Below the pieces are notes generated by a model, which saw nothing but the letters and a program-made list of their open reading frames with translations, did no database searches and had not been told where the DNA came from. A stretch of 64,000 bases of DNA, taken from positions 686 to 64,685 of the forward strand of contig CAYMPG010000008.1 in NCBI GenBank assembly GCA_964392455.1. The letters run 5' to 3'. Positions within the stretch are counted from its first letter, which is position 1. The number at the start of each line of letters is the position of its first letter. Of the stretch, positions 53,212 to 63,203 are shown in pieces. The stretch is from an uncultured Clostridium sp. (GTDB lineage Bacteria > Bacillota > Clostridia > Christensenellales > CAG-138). A program made the position numbers and the translations under genes.

Positions 53212-55287
53212 TTAATCCACAGGCCTGCTCCAGTGGCCCCGGGTAGCTCCCGGCACAGAGGAAGCCCTTTCCCCATTGCGGGCGGCCACAGCGGCCTTTA
53301 CCCGCTCTGAAACGCTCTCCGGGCTTTCATCATAAAAGGCAAGCTGCACCGCCTCAGGTGCAGGCAGTTCGCCATAAAGGTCTATTATATCTGTGGGCAG
53401 GCAGTTCAGCAGCCTGATAAGGCAGCCATCGGCCTGGCGTATGTTTTTCAGTGGGAATTCCCTGCCGGCTTCATCTATCATGGTGTCCACGCTGCCCCGG
53501 CAGTTTTTGCAGCCCTGCTGCTCTCTGAGGGTACAGTGACGAAGCTGCATGAGCTGCGCCCTGCCGTATACGCTTATGGCTGTACCTGTTCCGGATATAT
53601 CTCTAAGCTGAGGGCGAGTAAGCTCCAGAGAAAGTGTCACCCTGTCAAAGCCCATGGCCCTGTACGCAGCAACGGTATGGCCATTCACAGCGTTCATCTG
53701 GCTGCCCGCAATTTTCAGCGGCAGGTCCCTGATAAGATCAAGCTGGCCTATATTTGCAGCTATCGCCCCATCAACAAGGCCGGATGCACATATGCTTTTT
53801 ATTTTTTCCCGCTCTGCCCCGCTTATTATTACGGGAGGCAGGGATATGAGCAGCCTTGCGCTGCCCTTATGCTCAGCAAGCTCTGAAAACTCCCGCCGGT
53901 TGTATTCCCACGGCTCCAGCGCCACCTCATCTGCTCCGGCAAGAAATGCCGCCTTTCCCTGGCCTGCGCTGCTCACTATGGCAGTCACAGCCGTGCGGTC
54001 TGCCGGCAGACTCCTTATGGTATTTACCACCGGCTCATCTATGCTGCGGCGTATGAGCAGAGCATTTTCCAGCCTTTGTGAAGCATCCCGGCGCAGGGCA
54101 TTTACGCTGCCCATGGGCAAAAACGCCCATTCGTCCCCATCCACGATACATTCATCGGCATAGAAGGGCGTATCCCCAAGCTTCATGGCCTGGGCGGCAT
54201 AGCGCATTTTATCCTGTGGCTTCTGGGCCTGCTGTACAATGTCGCCCTGTGCATATACGGCTGTATCGCCGCAGGCCATGGTAAGCCCCACAGGCCTGCC
54301 CGGCTCCATGGTAAGGCGCAGGGTCACCTGCCGCCTTCTGGTATCCTTTTCATATGTGCGGGCGGCATTTGCTATAAGCTCAGGGGAGCTGTCGCTCTTG
54401 GCAATGCAGCCTGTCCTTGCATTATCACCGTAAAAATACCCCGTACAGCCGCCGCCACGGTCAAACATATCCAGCATATCCCTTTTGTGGCGGGCTATAG
54501 TGTGGGCATCTGCCCCATCCAACGCATCCCGGTAGGCCCGGGTTATCACCGCCACGTACTCTGCCCGCTTCATGCGTCCTTCCAGCTTTATGCAGGATAC
54601 CCCCACCCTTTCCATCTCTGCAAGATGCTCTATCATGCACAGATCCCCAAGGCTCAGGCCACATTCGCCCTTTTCAGGCACCTTGCCTATAGCCATGGGC
54701 TTGCGGCAGGGCTGGGCACAGGTGCCCCGGTTGCCGCTGCGCTCTCCCGCCATGGAGGAAAGCAGGCATCCCCCTGAAAAGCTCATGCACAGTGCGCCAT
54801 GGGCAAAGGCTTCCAGCTCTATGGGTACGGCTTCGTGTATTTCCGCTATCTCCTTCAGCGGCACTTCCCTTGAAAGCACAGCACGCTCCATGCCCATTGC
54901 CAGCACGGCTGCTGCCCCCTCGGGGGAGTGTATGCCCATCTGAGTGCTTGCATGGAGGGGCAGCTCCGGCAGTTCCTTTCTCAAAAAGGCTGCAAGGCCC
55001 ACATCCTGTATGATGACGGCATCTGCGCCTGCCCTGCATAAAAATGCAGCATATCTTGCCGCATCTGAAAACTCCTTATCGAGGGTAAGTATATTAAGCG
55101 TAATGTACGCCTTTACCCCCCGCCCATGGCAATAATCCAGCGCCTGCTGAAGCTCTGCATCTGAAAAATTGGAGGCGAATCGGCGGGCATTGAATGCGCT
55201 GCCGCCCATATATACGGCGTCTGCACCGTTGTTTACCGCAGCACGCAGTGCATCACGGCTGCCTGCGGGAGAAAGTAGCTCCATCAT
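53212..55287 (-). CDS. Peptidase U32 family protein (RNA hydroxylation RlhA/TrhP-like)
   Basis: ELLSPAG, HASTQM, HGALCMSFSG.C, NRG.CAQPCR and KLEGRMK motifs. Confidence 0.9.
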   Translation of the reverse strand: MMELLSPAGSRDALRAAVNNGADAVYMGGSAFNARRFASNFSDAELQQALDYCHGRGVKAYITLNILTLDKEFSDAARYAAFLCRAGADAVIIQDVGLAAFLRKELPELPLHASTQMGIHSPEGAAAVLAMGMERAVLSREVPLKEIAEIHEAVPIELEAFAHGALCMSFSGGCLLSSMAGERSGNRGTCAQPCRKPMAIGKVPEKGECGLSLGDLCMIEHLAEMERVGVSCIKLEGRMKRAEYVAVITRAYRDALDGADAHTIARHKRDMLDMFDRGGGCTGYFYGDNARTGCIAKSDSSPELIANAARTYEKDTRRRQVTLRLTMEPGRPVGLTMACGDTAVYAQGDIVQQAQKPQDKMRYAAQAMKLGDTPFYADECIVDGDEWAFLPMGSVNALRRDASQRLENALLIRRSIDEPVVNTIRSLPADRTAVTAIVSSAGQGKAAFLAGADEVALEPWEYNRREFSELAEHKGSARLLISLPPVIISGAEREKIKSICASGLVDGAIAANIGQLDLIRDLPLKIAGSQMNAVNGHTVAAYRAMGFDRVTLSLELTRPQLRDISGTGTAISVYGRAQLMQLRHCTLREQQGCKNCRGSVDTMIDEAGREFPLKNIRQADGCLIRLLNCLPTDIIDLYGELPAPEAVQLAFYDESPESVSERVKAAVAARNGERASSVPGATRGHWSRPVD

Positions 55288-55353
55288 TTTTGTCTTTTCC
55301 TCAAAAAAGCGGCCTAAGGTAAGCCCCCAAGCCGCAAGTGGTCTTAATGTATT

Positions 55354-55671
55354 TTATTTTACGCCGGTAGGAGTCTTTGCCTCAAAGGGACGCTTCACCG
55401 GCATGGACTGGCGGGGCATTTCCCTCAGCTCAGATATGCGGGAATCCAGCGCATCATAATCCTCACGGAGCTTATGCAGCTCATCCGAAAGATTAAGGGC
55501 CGCCAAAATCAGGCAGTTGGCCGTGCTCAGGTTGGGGTACTGGCTCTGAACCTCATCTACCTTTTCATTAACATAGCCGGCTACCCGGCGAATATATTCA
55601 TCGCTGTCATCACAGGCAAGGCGAAGCTCCTGGCCTGCTATGCTCACTGTTATACGGTTTTTATCCATCAA
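55354..55671 (-). CDS. zapA: Cell division protein ZapA
   Basis: V.IAGQE.RL, YI.RVA.YV..K and ILAALNLSDEL motifs with a coiled coil. Confidence 0.9.
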   Translation of the reverse strand: MMDKNRITVSIAGQELRLACDDSDEYIRRVAGYVNEKVDEVQSQYPNLSTANCLILAALNLSDELHKLREDYDALDSRISELREMPRQSMPVKRPFEAKTPTGVK

Positions 55672-55928
55672 AATGCACCACCAATATATATAGTTTCCCT
55701 TATATGCAAATTATACAATAACTTGTGTTTATTGGCAATAGCGACGGCGCATTTTTTTGCCCGGGCACAGGGCGCAAATATGCCTGTACCTGCGGCACTG
55801 CTTTGGGCGGGTCACTATGCCCTCCGCCCTGCCCATTATATGGAAAACACTGGTGACAGGGACAAGTTAAGTTTCCGTTAAGGAATATCGAAATTCAAAA
55901 CCATTTTGAACTTTTTTTGAAAAAGCTG

Positions 55929-55956
55929 TTGACAAATGAATCTTTATCCATATAAT
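55929..55956 (+). promoter_or_regulatory. Sigma-A promoter of the lysine riboswitch leader
   Basis: TTGACA-16bp-TATAAT. Confidence 0.75.
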
Positions 55957-55970
55957 TGTGCTTAAAGCAA

Positions 55971-56133
55971 ATGATAGAGGTGCGGAAAACAAGAGTAAGC
56001 TCCCTCAATGCGGCAGACACCGCAGAGCCAAAAGGGTTTTTCGCCGAAGTGTCGGTGCTTTGTCTGAGGCATCGGTGCTGGGCCGGCAGATAATATCTTC
56101 CGGACTGTCACTCTAAGAGTGGAGCGCTGTCAT
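55971..56133 (+). promoter_or_regulatory. Lysine riboswitch (L-box)
   Basis: AUGAUAGAGGUGCG...AGAGUA...AAAGG...CGCCGAAG...CUGGGCC...GGACUGUCAC...GUGGAGCGCUGUCAU, with kissing loops CAGACA / UGUCUG. Confidence 0.95.
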
Positions 56134-56251
56134 GAACTATACCCTAAATATGCCCATATGTGCTGTGGGTATGTATGTGAGGTCATGATTTGCGGCGTTC
56201 ACCGCATTCATGGCTTAATTTTTTATATTCTTCAGGAGGAAAACAACCACC

Positions 56252-57901
56252 ATGGAAACCACTACCACCAGACGCAACCCAAGGCTCGTCCTCATAATGG
56301 CGATTCTGGCTGTAATCATCCTCATCGTAGCAGCCGCTACCACCGGCCCCAGCGCCGATCCCGAGGTATCCCGCTTCCACAATACCTTCTGGGCGTTGCT
56401 TCCCCCCATTATTGCCATCACCCTCGCCCTTGTTACCAAGGAGGTATACTCCTCCCTGTTCATAGGCGTTCTGGCAGGCGGCCTGCTCTATGCTGATTTT
56501 TCCTTTGAAGGCACCCTTACCCATGTGTTCAGCGGCGGCATAGTTTCCGTTCTCTCTGACGAATACAATGTGGGCATACTGGTATTCCTGGTGATACTGG
56601 GCGTTATGGTTTGCCTGATGAACCGTGCAGGCGGCAGCGCAGCCTTCGGCCGCTGGGCTCAGGCCAACATTAAGACCCGTGCAGGCGCTCAGCTTGCCAC
56701 CATCGCCCTGGGCATACTCATCTTCATCGATGACTACTTTAATTGCCTTACCGTTGGCTCCGTTATGCGTCCCCTTACAGATAAGCACAACATCTCCCGT
56801 GCAAAGCTGTCCTACATTATAGACGCTACCGCAGCTCCGGTCTGCATTATTGCTCCTATTTCCTCCTGGGCTGCCGCAGTTTCCTCCTACGTTGAGGAAG
56901 GTTCCGGCCTGACCCTGTTTATCAGCGCTATCCCCTTCAACTACTATGCGCTCCTTACCATAGTAATGATGGTAGCACTGGTGCTCATGAAGGCAGACTA
57001 CGGCCCGATGGCTGTATTCGAAAGAAACGCCGAGGAGAAGGGCGACCTGTTCTCCGGCAGCAATCCCTATGCAAATGCCTCTGACGAGAGCTTTAACCCC
57101 AGGGGCCGCGTTATCGACCTGGTGCTGCCCATCGCCATCCTCATCCTCTGCTGCGTTACCGGCATGATTTACTCCGGCGGCTTCTTCACCCCCGACAGCG
57201 GCTGCTATATGGATTTCATCACCTCCTTCTCTAACTGTGATGCTTCCGTAGGCCTTATGCTGGGCTCCGCCTTTGCGCTGGTATTCACCCTGGTGTTCTA
57301 CCTCTGCCGTAAGCTCATGACCTTTGACGAGATGATGAACTGCATCCCCGAAGGCTTCAAGGCCATGGTTCCCGCCATTCTTATCCTTACCTTTGCCTGG
57401 TCCCTCAAGGCCATGACCGACTCTCTGGGCGCCGGCGCCTACGTTGCAGGCGTGGTAAAGAGCTCCGCCTCCGGCTTCCAGTCCTTCCTGCCCGCAATCG
57501 TGTTCCTTATCGGCTGCTTCCTGTCCTTTGCAACAGGCACCAGCTGGGGCACCTTCGGTATACTTATCCCCATCACTCTGGAAGTATTCCCCCTCACCGA
57601 TCCTCTGGGCATCATCTGCGTTTCCGCCTGCATGGCCGGCGCAGTATGCGGCGATCACTGCTCCCCCATTTCGGATACCACCATCATGGCATCTGCCGGT
57701 GCACAGTGTGACCACGTTAACCACGTTTCCACTCAGCTGCCCTACGCCATGACTGTAGCAGTCGTATCCTTCGTATCCTTCATCATTGCCGGCTTCGTCC
57801 GCAATGCATGGATTTGCCTGCCCATCGCCATCGTGCTGATGCTGGGTACTCTCCTGGTACTCAGGAGCATCACCGCCAGGAAGGCTACCGCAAGCAAGTA
57901 A
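56252..57901 (+). CDS. NhaC-family transporter, probable lysine importer (LysW-like)
   Basis: IFIDDYFN, KLSY.IDATAAP, SFATGTSWGTFG and GDHCSPISDTT motifs; under lysine riboswitch control. Confidence 0.9.
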   Translation: METTTTRRNPRLVLIMAILAVIILIVAAATTGPSADPEVSRFHNTFWALLPPIIAITLALVTKEVYSSLFIGVLAGGLLYADFSFEGTLTHVFSGGIVSVLSDEYNVGILVFLVILGVMVCLMNRAGGSAAFGRWAQANIKTRAGAQLATIALGILIFIDDYFNCLTVGSVMRPLTDKHNISRAKLSYIIDATAAPVCIIAPISSWAAAVSSYVEEGSGLTLFISAIPFNYYALLTIVMMVALVLMKADYGPMAVFERNAEEKGDLFSGSNPYANASDESFNPRGRVIDLVLPIAILILCCVTGMIYSGGFFTPDSGCYMDFITSFSNCDASVGLMLGSAFALVFTLVFYLCRKLMTFDEMMNCIPEGFKAMVPAILILTFAWSLKAMTDSLGAGAYVAGVVKSSASGFQSFLPAIVFLIGCFLSFATGTSWGTFGILIPITLEVFPLTDPLGIICVSACMAGAVCGDHCSPISDTTIMASAGAQCDHVNHVSTQLPYAMTVAVVSFVSFIIAGFVRNAWICLPIAIVLMLGTLLVLRSITARKATASK

Positions 57902-57919
57902 TCCCATATAAAGCAACTA

Positions 57920-58052
57920 ATCCCTCCATGGCAACTCCCATGGGGGGAATTTTTATTGCGCCGCTGTCATGGTTATAAGCCGCAGCACTTAATCCGTCTT
58001 TGACGTCATGCCGGACATGGCATATGAACGGCAGGAAGCTCTCTTGCCATTT
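57920..58052 (-). ncRNA. Candidate stand-alone structured small RNA (resembles the skipping-rope motif as I recall it)
   Basis: Minus-strand stems AUGGCA/UGCCGU, UAUGCC/GGCAUG, CCGUU/GACGG and GUGCUGC/GCGGCGC closing UUAU-AACC-AUGA. Bounded by hairpins at 58099-58124 and 57920-57949. Confidence 0.55.
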
Positions 58053-58098
58053 AAGGTTTACTACCCAGAAGCGAATACGCAAGCGATAACTGCAAAAC

Positions 58099-58124
58099 AA
58101 AAAAGTGGCTTAATGCCACTTTTT
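58099..58124 (-). terminator. Terminator of the amidase-lipoprotein unit
   Basis: aaaaagtggc-ttaat-gccacttttt hairpin. Confidence 0.75.
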
Positions 58125-58142
58125 GATACTCTTAAATCTTAT

Positions 58143-58955
58143 TTATATCCGCCTTGCTCCTGCGCTGTCGCTTGCCCAGCAATAAAGGTTTTCTGCCGCC
58201 TCATGCTGTGCGGTTGAAGCTGATACTGTAAAATGCAGCCCCTCGCCATCGCATCTGAGTACCGTTACAAGGCCATCGCCCCGCACTACCGTTGACTCCC
58301 ACACGCCATCCTGGGTCATTATTTCCACGGTATGGCCGTTTTTCCTGGATTCACTATAGTTAAGGCTGCTTTCTGTAAGGGTTCCTATAAGCTGGTCTCC
58401 TGAGGCAAAGGTGAAATTCAGGGTGAATTCCCGCTTTTCCTCATCATCCTCCTCAGGTATTGCGGTAAGCTGGGGGGTGTTCTCGGGAATAAGGGGCTCC
58501 AGCTCCAGCCCCATTCCCTCCTCCTGGGGCTCATCAGTCACAGCAGCTATGCCGGTGGTTATGGTGCCGCTGCCCTCCGCTGCGCCTGATACCGTAGAGG
58601 AAAAGCTGCCCTCGCTGTCTGTGGAAAGCAGCCATCCGAAGGTAATCTTCCCCTGGGATACGATAAGCTCATGCTCTGCAAGGTATATGAGTGTATCTGC
58701 CGCTTCCTTTGTGGCAGTGCCTTCAAGGCGGCTCTGGAAAAGCTCCTCCATTGCGCTGCACGCATCGTAATAATCAGAATAAAAGGCGGATACCGGGTTT
58801 TCTGTCCGCTCAGGCTCAGGCGTGACCTCTACCTCATCCTGCATCGGCTCGTAAGTGGAAGGTGCTTCTTCCTCATCCTCCTCTGCAAACCATACGCAGC
58901 CGCCCATCACAGCCGCAAGAGCCGCCGCTAAAAGGAGCATATATAGTTTTTTCAT
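58143..58955 (-). CDS. Acidic lipoprotein of unknown function
   Basis: Lipobox MGGC; ATGA overlap with the upstream amidase. Confidence 0.75.
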   Translation of the reverse strand: MKKLYMLLLAAALAAVMGGCVWFAEEDEEEAPSTYEPMQDEVEVTPEPERTENPVSAFYSDYYDACSAMEELFQSRLEGTATKEAADTLIYLAEHELIVSQGKITFGWLLSTDSEGSFSSTVSGAAEGSGTITTGIAAVTDEPQEEGMGLELEPLIPENTPQLTAIPEEDDEEKREFTLNFTFASGDQLIGTLTESSLNYSESRKNGHTVEIMTQDGVWESTVVRGDGLVTVLRCDGEGLHFTVSASTAQHEAAENLYCWASDSAGARRI

Positions 58956-59773
58956 TTCTTCTCCTCCTTTGCAGCACAGTATGCGGCTATGCCCGTGAAT
59001 ATGCCCTCAGCGCATTTGTTCTGATAGGACTCCCTGCTGAGCAGGCCATCCTCCTTTGGATTTGAAAGGTAGCCCATCTCTATGGTGACCACCGGGCTGT
59101 CAGACCAATTAAAGCCGGTCTGGGTTGCGGTATAGCTTATGCCGCAGCACTTTGCGCCGGTCACTGTGCAGAAGCCGGTAAGCACCTGCTTGCCAAGCTC
59201 AGCGCTGCTGTCGTATATTTCCATATCGATGCCGGGGGCAATTATAAGCGCACCGCTGATGCTCTGATAATTTGAGCTGTTGCAGTGGATCCTTATCCAG
59301 AAATCCACCTGGGCCTCATTCATGAGCTGCGCCCGCTCTATATTGGACAGGTTCACGTCATGGGTACTGCGTGTCATTACCACCGTGGCACCCCTGTTCT
59401 GAAGGAGCACGGAGAGCTTTTCTGCAACTATAAGGTTTATGCTGTATTCGGCAATGCCGCTGCGTATGCCTGTTCCGCCGGGGCTCATGCGGTCCTTCGT
59501 CTTTTCGTCATCCTCAGGAGATATGGGCTCCTGCTCACTATCCGCCTCAAGCTGGTGGCCCGGGTCAATGCCTATGGTCACTCCCTCAAGGGAATACTGA
59601 TATGGGTCAAAATCCGTGCTGTCAGCCTTATCCCTGCCGAAGCGGCTCTCTGCCCTTTTTGAAAAAATGTTTTCCGGGGCAAAGTCACCGGGAGCAGCAA
59701 AAGCAGCGCTGCACTGAAGCAGCGTGGCCATGCTCATCATTATGGCAAACATTTTTTTGATAAAAGCCGTCAT
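58952..59773 (-). CDS. N-acetylmuramoyl-L-alanine amidase (Amidase_3)
   Basis: Signal peptide, then IDPGH, E..INL, VVMTR, RIHCN and IEMGYLSN motifs. Confidence 0.92.
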   Translation of the reverse strand: MTAFIKKMFAIMMSMATLLQCSAAFAAPGDFAPENIFSKRAESRFGRDKADSTDFDPYQYSLEGVTIGIDPGHQLEADSEQEPISPEDDEKTKDRMSPGGTGIRSGIAEYSINLIVAEKLSVLLQNRGATVVMTRSTHDVNLSNIERAQLMNEAQVDFWIRIHCNSSNYQSISGALIIAPGIDMEIYDSSAELGKQVLTGFCTVTGAKCCGISYTATQTGFNWSDSPVVTIEMGYLSNPKEDGLLSRESYQNKCAEGIFTGIAAYCAAKEEKK

Positions 59774-59912
59774 AATACTCCATCCCGGTTCAAAAGTTTA
59801 CCTGTACATTGTACCACTGAGCTGCGAAATATGTAACCTCCCTGCCATTGAACAAATTGTTAATTATAGCATAAATGGCAGCCCCGCGCCTGCGAAGCTG
59901 CCATTATACAGG

Positions 59913-62330
59913 CTAATTCAGCTTTTTAAATACCAGTTTTTCGCCCTCGGCATCCGCCTGAACGCTGTCTCCCAGAGCTATCCTGCCGGAAAGCAGCTCC
60001 TCGCTCAGGCTGTCCTCCACCTGATGCTGTATTGCCCGGCGGAGAGGCCTTGCGCCGTATACCGGGTCAAAGCCGTCTGCCGACAGCCGCTCCTCGGCAG
60101 CAGGTGTCACGGTAAGGGCTATGCCCCGCTCAGCCAGCCGCTCGATCACGCCCTTTAGCATAAGGCGCACGATCTGCCTGGTCTGCTCCCGCTCAAGCTG
60201 ATGGAATATGATTATCTCATCCACCCTGTTGATAAATTCAGGTGAAAAGGTCTTTTTAAGCTCTGCCATCATGCTTTCCCGCATACGCTCATAGGTAAGG
60301 GCGGGATTCTCAGCCCCGAAGCCCACAGCCTTGTGCTTACCCACATCCGCTGCACCCACGTTTGAGGTCATTATGATGATGGTATTACGAAAATCCACCA
60401 CCCGGCCCTTTGCATCTGCAAGGCGGCCATCCTCCAATACCTGCAGGAGTATATTGAATACATCAGGATGGGCCTTTTCTATTTCATCCAGCAGTATTAC
60501 GGTATATGGCTTTCTGCGTACTTTTTCGGTAAGCTGCCCTCCGTCGTCATAGCCCACGTAGCCCGGGGGAGAGCCCATCAGCTTGCTTACGCTATGGGGC
60601 TCCATATACTCTGACATATCCAGCCGCACCATGGCATCCTCCCGGTCAAACATCACCTGGGCCAGTGCCTTTGACAGCTCGGTTTTTCCAACGCCCGTGG
60701 GGCCAAGGAAAAGATATGAGCCTATTGGCCGGCGTGGATCCTTTAGCCCCGCCCTCGCCCGGCGTATGGCACGGGATACGGCAGATACGGCTTCATCCTG
60801 CCCTATCACCCGCTCATGCAGTGCCTTTTCCAGGGACAGGAGCTTGTGGCTCTCGTCCTCTGTGAGCCGCTTTACAGGGATGCCAGTCCAGGCGTTGACC
60901 ACCTCTGCAATATCCTGCTCTGTAACGATGCTCTCCGTGCTGTCACGGCTGCGCTCCCAATCCGCCTTGCGGGCAGCCATTTCATCCCTGAGGCAGCGTT
61001 CCTCATCCCTTATGGCGGCGGCCCGCTCAAAGTTTTGATTATTAACAGCCTCCTCCTTTTCCTTAAGGAGAGCCGTCAGCTTATCCTCCAATGCCCGCAT
61101 ATCCGGCGGGGATACATATGCCGCAAGCCTTACCCGGCTGGCAGCCTCATCCATAAGGTCTATGGCCTTATCCGGAAGAAACCTGTCCGAAATGTATCTA
61201 TCAGACAGCTCCACCGCAGCCTTTATGGCTCCATTTGTGATCACCGCCTTGTGATGGGCCTCGTAACGATCCCTCAGGCCATAGAGTATCTCCACGGCCT
61301 CCTCCCGGCTGGGCTCCCCCACAGATACCGGCTGAAAGCGCCGCTCAAGGGCGCCGTCTTTTTCTATGTACTTGCGGTATTCATCCGGCGTGGTAGCACC
61401 CACCACCTGTATCTGCCCCCGGGCCAGGGCGGGCTTCATGATATTTGAAGCATCTATGCTGCCCTCTGATGCGCCTGCGCCCACTATGGTATGCAGCTCG
61501 TCTATAAACAGTATGGTGTTTTTGTTTTCTATAAGCTCGTCTATTGCGGCCTTTATGCGCTCCTCAAATTCGCCCCTGTACTTTGTGCCGGCAAGCATAC
61601 CCCCAAGCTCCAGCGTTACCACCCGCTTGTTTTTCAGCAGCTCAGGTATATTTCCCCCGGCTATGCGCTGGGCCAGCCCCTCAACGATGGCGCTCTTGCC
61701 CACGCCCGGGTCGCCTATGAGCACGGGGTTATTCTTGGTTCGGCGGGAAAGTATCTGTATCACCCGCTGTATCTCCTGCTCCCGGCCTATTACCGGATCC
61801 AGCTCGCCATTTCTTGCAAGGCGGGTAAGATCCTTGCCATACTTATCCAGCACAGGGGTATCCGAGGGCTGCTCCTTTGCGCTCTTATCCGCCTTGCGGG
61901 TGGTGCCTGCAAGCATCTGGGTAAGCAGAGTAAAATCCACCCCCAGGTCTGAAAGTATGCTGACCGCCACACAATCCCGCTCCCTGAGTATGGCAAGGAG
62001 GATATGCTCTGTGCCTATGTAGCTGTTTTTCAGGGACTTTGCTTCGTACAGGCTGAGCTCGAGTATTTTCTTTGTGCGGGGGGTATATCCAAAGCTGTCG
62101 GTAAAGTGATAATCCCCGTGGCCCACCAGCTCCTCCGCCCTGCGGGATACCTCCTCCGCAGATATGCCAAGCTGAGCAAGGGCACGGGAGGCTGCTCCCT
62201 CCTGCTCCCTTATGAGCCCCAGCAGCAGATGCTCGCTGCCCACGTAATTATGCCCCATAGCCTTGGCGCTATCCTGAGCAAGGGCAAGGGCACGGCGTGC
62301 GCCCTCGGTAAACCGTTCCATGAAGTCCAT
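59913..62330 (-). CDS. clpC: ATP-dependent Clp protease ATP-binding subunit ClpC (start MDFMERFT)
   Basis: Two Clp-N repeats, [11 protein letters not shown]-like middle domain, [10 protein letters not shown] and GARPLRR motifs; GGAGG RBS. Confidence 0.95.
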   Translation of the reverse strand: MDFMERFTEGARRALALAQDSAKAMGHNYVGSEHLLLGLIREQEGAASRALAQLGISAEEVSRRAEELVGHGDYHFTDSFGYTPRTKKILELSLYEAKSLKNSYIGTEHILLAILRERDCVAVSILSDLGVDFTLLTQMLAGTTRKADKSAKEQPSDTPVLDKYGKDLTRLARNGELDPVIGREQEIQRVIQILSRRTKNNPVLIGDPGVGKSAIVEGLAQRIAGGNIPELLKNKRVVTLELGGMLAGTKYRGEFEERIKAAIDELIENKNTILFIDELHTIVGAGASEGSIDASNIMKPALARGQIQVVGATTPDEYRKYIEKDGALERRFQPVSVGEPSREEAVEILYGLRDRYEAHHKAVITNGAIKAAVELSDRYISDRFLPDKAIDLMDEAASRVRLAAYVSPPDMRALEDKLTALLKEKEEAVNNQNFERAAAIRDEERCLRDEMAARKADWERSRDSTESIVTEQDIAEVVNAWTGIPVKRLTEDESHKLLSLEKALHERVIGQDEAVSAVSRAIRRARAGLKDPRRPIGSYLFLGPTGVGKTELSKALAQVMFDREDAMVRLDMSEYMEPHSVSKLMGSPPGYVGYDDGGQLTEKVRRKPYTVILLDEIEKAHPDVFNILLQVLEDGRLADAKGRVVDFRNTIIIMTSNVGAADVGKHKAVGFGAENPALTYERMRESMMAELKKTFSPEFINRVDEIIIFHQLEREQTRQIVRLMLKGVIERLAERGIALTVTPAAEERLSADGFDPVYGARPLRRAIQHQVEDSLSEELLSGRIALGDSVQADAEGEKLVFKKLN

Positions 62331-62359
62331 CCTGTGACCTCCAGATATTTCTAATGTAT

Positions 62360-62388
62360 ATTTTAATGCAAACCCATGGCATACGCAA
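62360..62388 (-). promoter_or_regulatory. Sigma-A promoter of clpC
   Basis: TTGCGT-17bp-TAAAAT on the minus strand, downstream of a terminator. Confidence 0.6.
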
Positions 62389-62389
62389 C

Positions 62390-62462
62390 GAAAAACGGCT
62401 CCCATTTGAATGGGAGCCGTGAAACTTCAGTTGCCTTGAAAGGGAACTCGTTTCTCACTTGC
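62390..62462 (-). ncRNA. Candidate small RNA of about 75 nt with its own promoter and terminator
   Basis: ATGAAA-17bp-TATAAT (62469-62497), an imperfect hairpin GUGAGAAAC..AGUU..AACU..GUUUCAC, then the terminator ACGGCUCCCAU-UCAA-AUGGGAGCCGU-UUUU. Confidence 0.5.
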
Positions 62463-62546
62463 AGATTTATTATAACCTGCCGGCCAGGCTTTTTCATCAC
62501 AAAAGTATTACAAAGTAATCAAATGTTAATTAAGTTTTGTTTTCCG

Positions 62547-63203
62547 TTATTCATCAATGGAGACCGTCATATATACCCGGCCCTCCATAAGGTTTACAGT
62601 GCAGGCAAAATTCCCGGCCTTAATATCCCTGTCCTTGCCATCCTGTATGGTTTGCCGTGCAAGGGACAGCATGGAGGTCACGTTGCCATAATTCAGCTCG
62701 CCCATCACATCAAGGCCGCTCACAAGAGCCGTAAAGCCCTTTTCCAGCCACTCCCCCTCCAGCTCATAGGCGGTTATACGCTGCTCATAGAGGGAAATTT
62801 CCACATTTGTAGGGTCATTTGGCAGCGGCTCAGGCTCAGGAGCCGCAGGCAATATGAGAGTAAAGGCGCACACGCCGCCATTTCGCATGGAAAGCACCAG
62901 CTCACCATCAGACAGCTCCTCCCGCATCAGGGTATATGCATTTGCAAGGGAACCTACAGCCTCCTTTTCCTCGGCCTCGGCTTCCAGGCCATACTCCCCT
63001 GCCCTTTCAAAAAATACCTCTGGCGCAGGGTATGCACGCTGCCTTTCCGCAGCCGGCACAGGGGTAGCAGAAGAATCCGTGGTGGCCACCACGCTGCTGT
63101 CCTCCCGGCCGCCCAGTAAATATAGCCCTATGCAGCACAGCACCATTACTATGGTAAAAATGGTGCCCGCCCTGCCCTTTTCCTTTTCTCCCTTTGCCAT
63201 CAC
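62547..63203 (-). CDS. Membrane-anchored hypothetical protein
   Basis: N-terminal TM helix; overlaps the rluD stop codon. Confidence 0.7.
   Translation of the reverse strand: MMAKGEKEKGRAGTIFTIVMVLCCIGLYLLGGREDSSVVATTDSSATPVPAAERQRAYPAPEVFFERAGEYGLEAEAEEKEAVGSLANAYTLMREELSDGELVLSMRNGGVCAFTLILPAAPEPEPLPNDPTNVEISLYEQRITAYELEGEWLEKGFTALVSGLDVMGELNYGNVTSMLSLARQTIQDGKDRDIKAGNFACTVNLMEGRVYMTVSIDE

Noticed and set aside
53190-53276. Apparent 65-bp overlap between mutS2 and the U32 gene
   Set aside because: Artefact of an over-extended ORF start; the RBS-backed ATG is at 53189.
56183-57916. 577-aa antisense ORF covering the NhaC-family gene
   Set aside because: Codon-register shadow of a strongly biased sense gene; no motifs or RBS.
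57958-58050. c-di-GMP-I riboswitch resemblance
   Set aside because: No GNRA-capped P1 or GACGCAAAG core, and no downstream gene to regulate.
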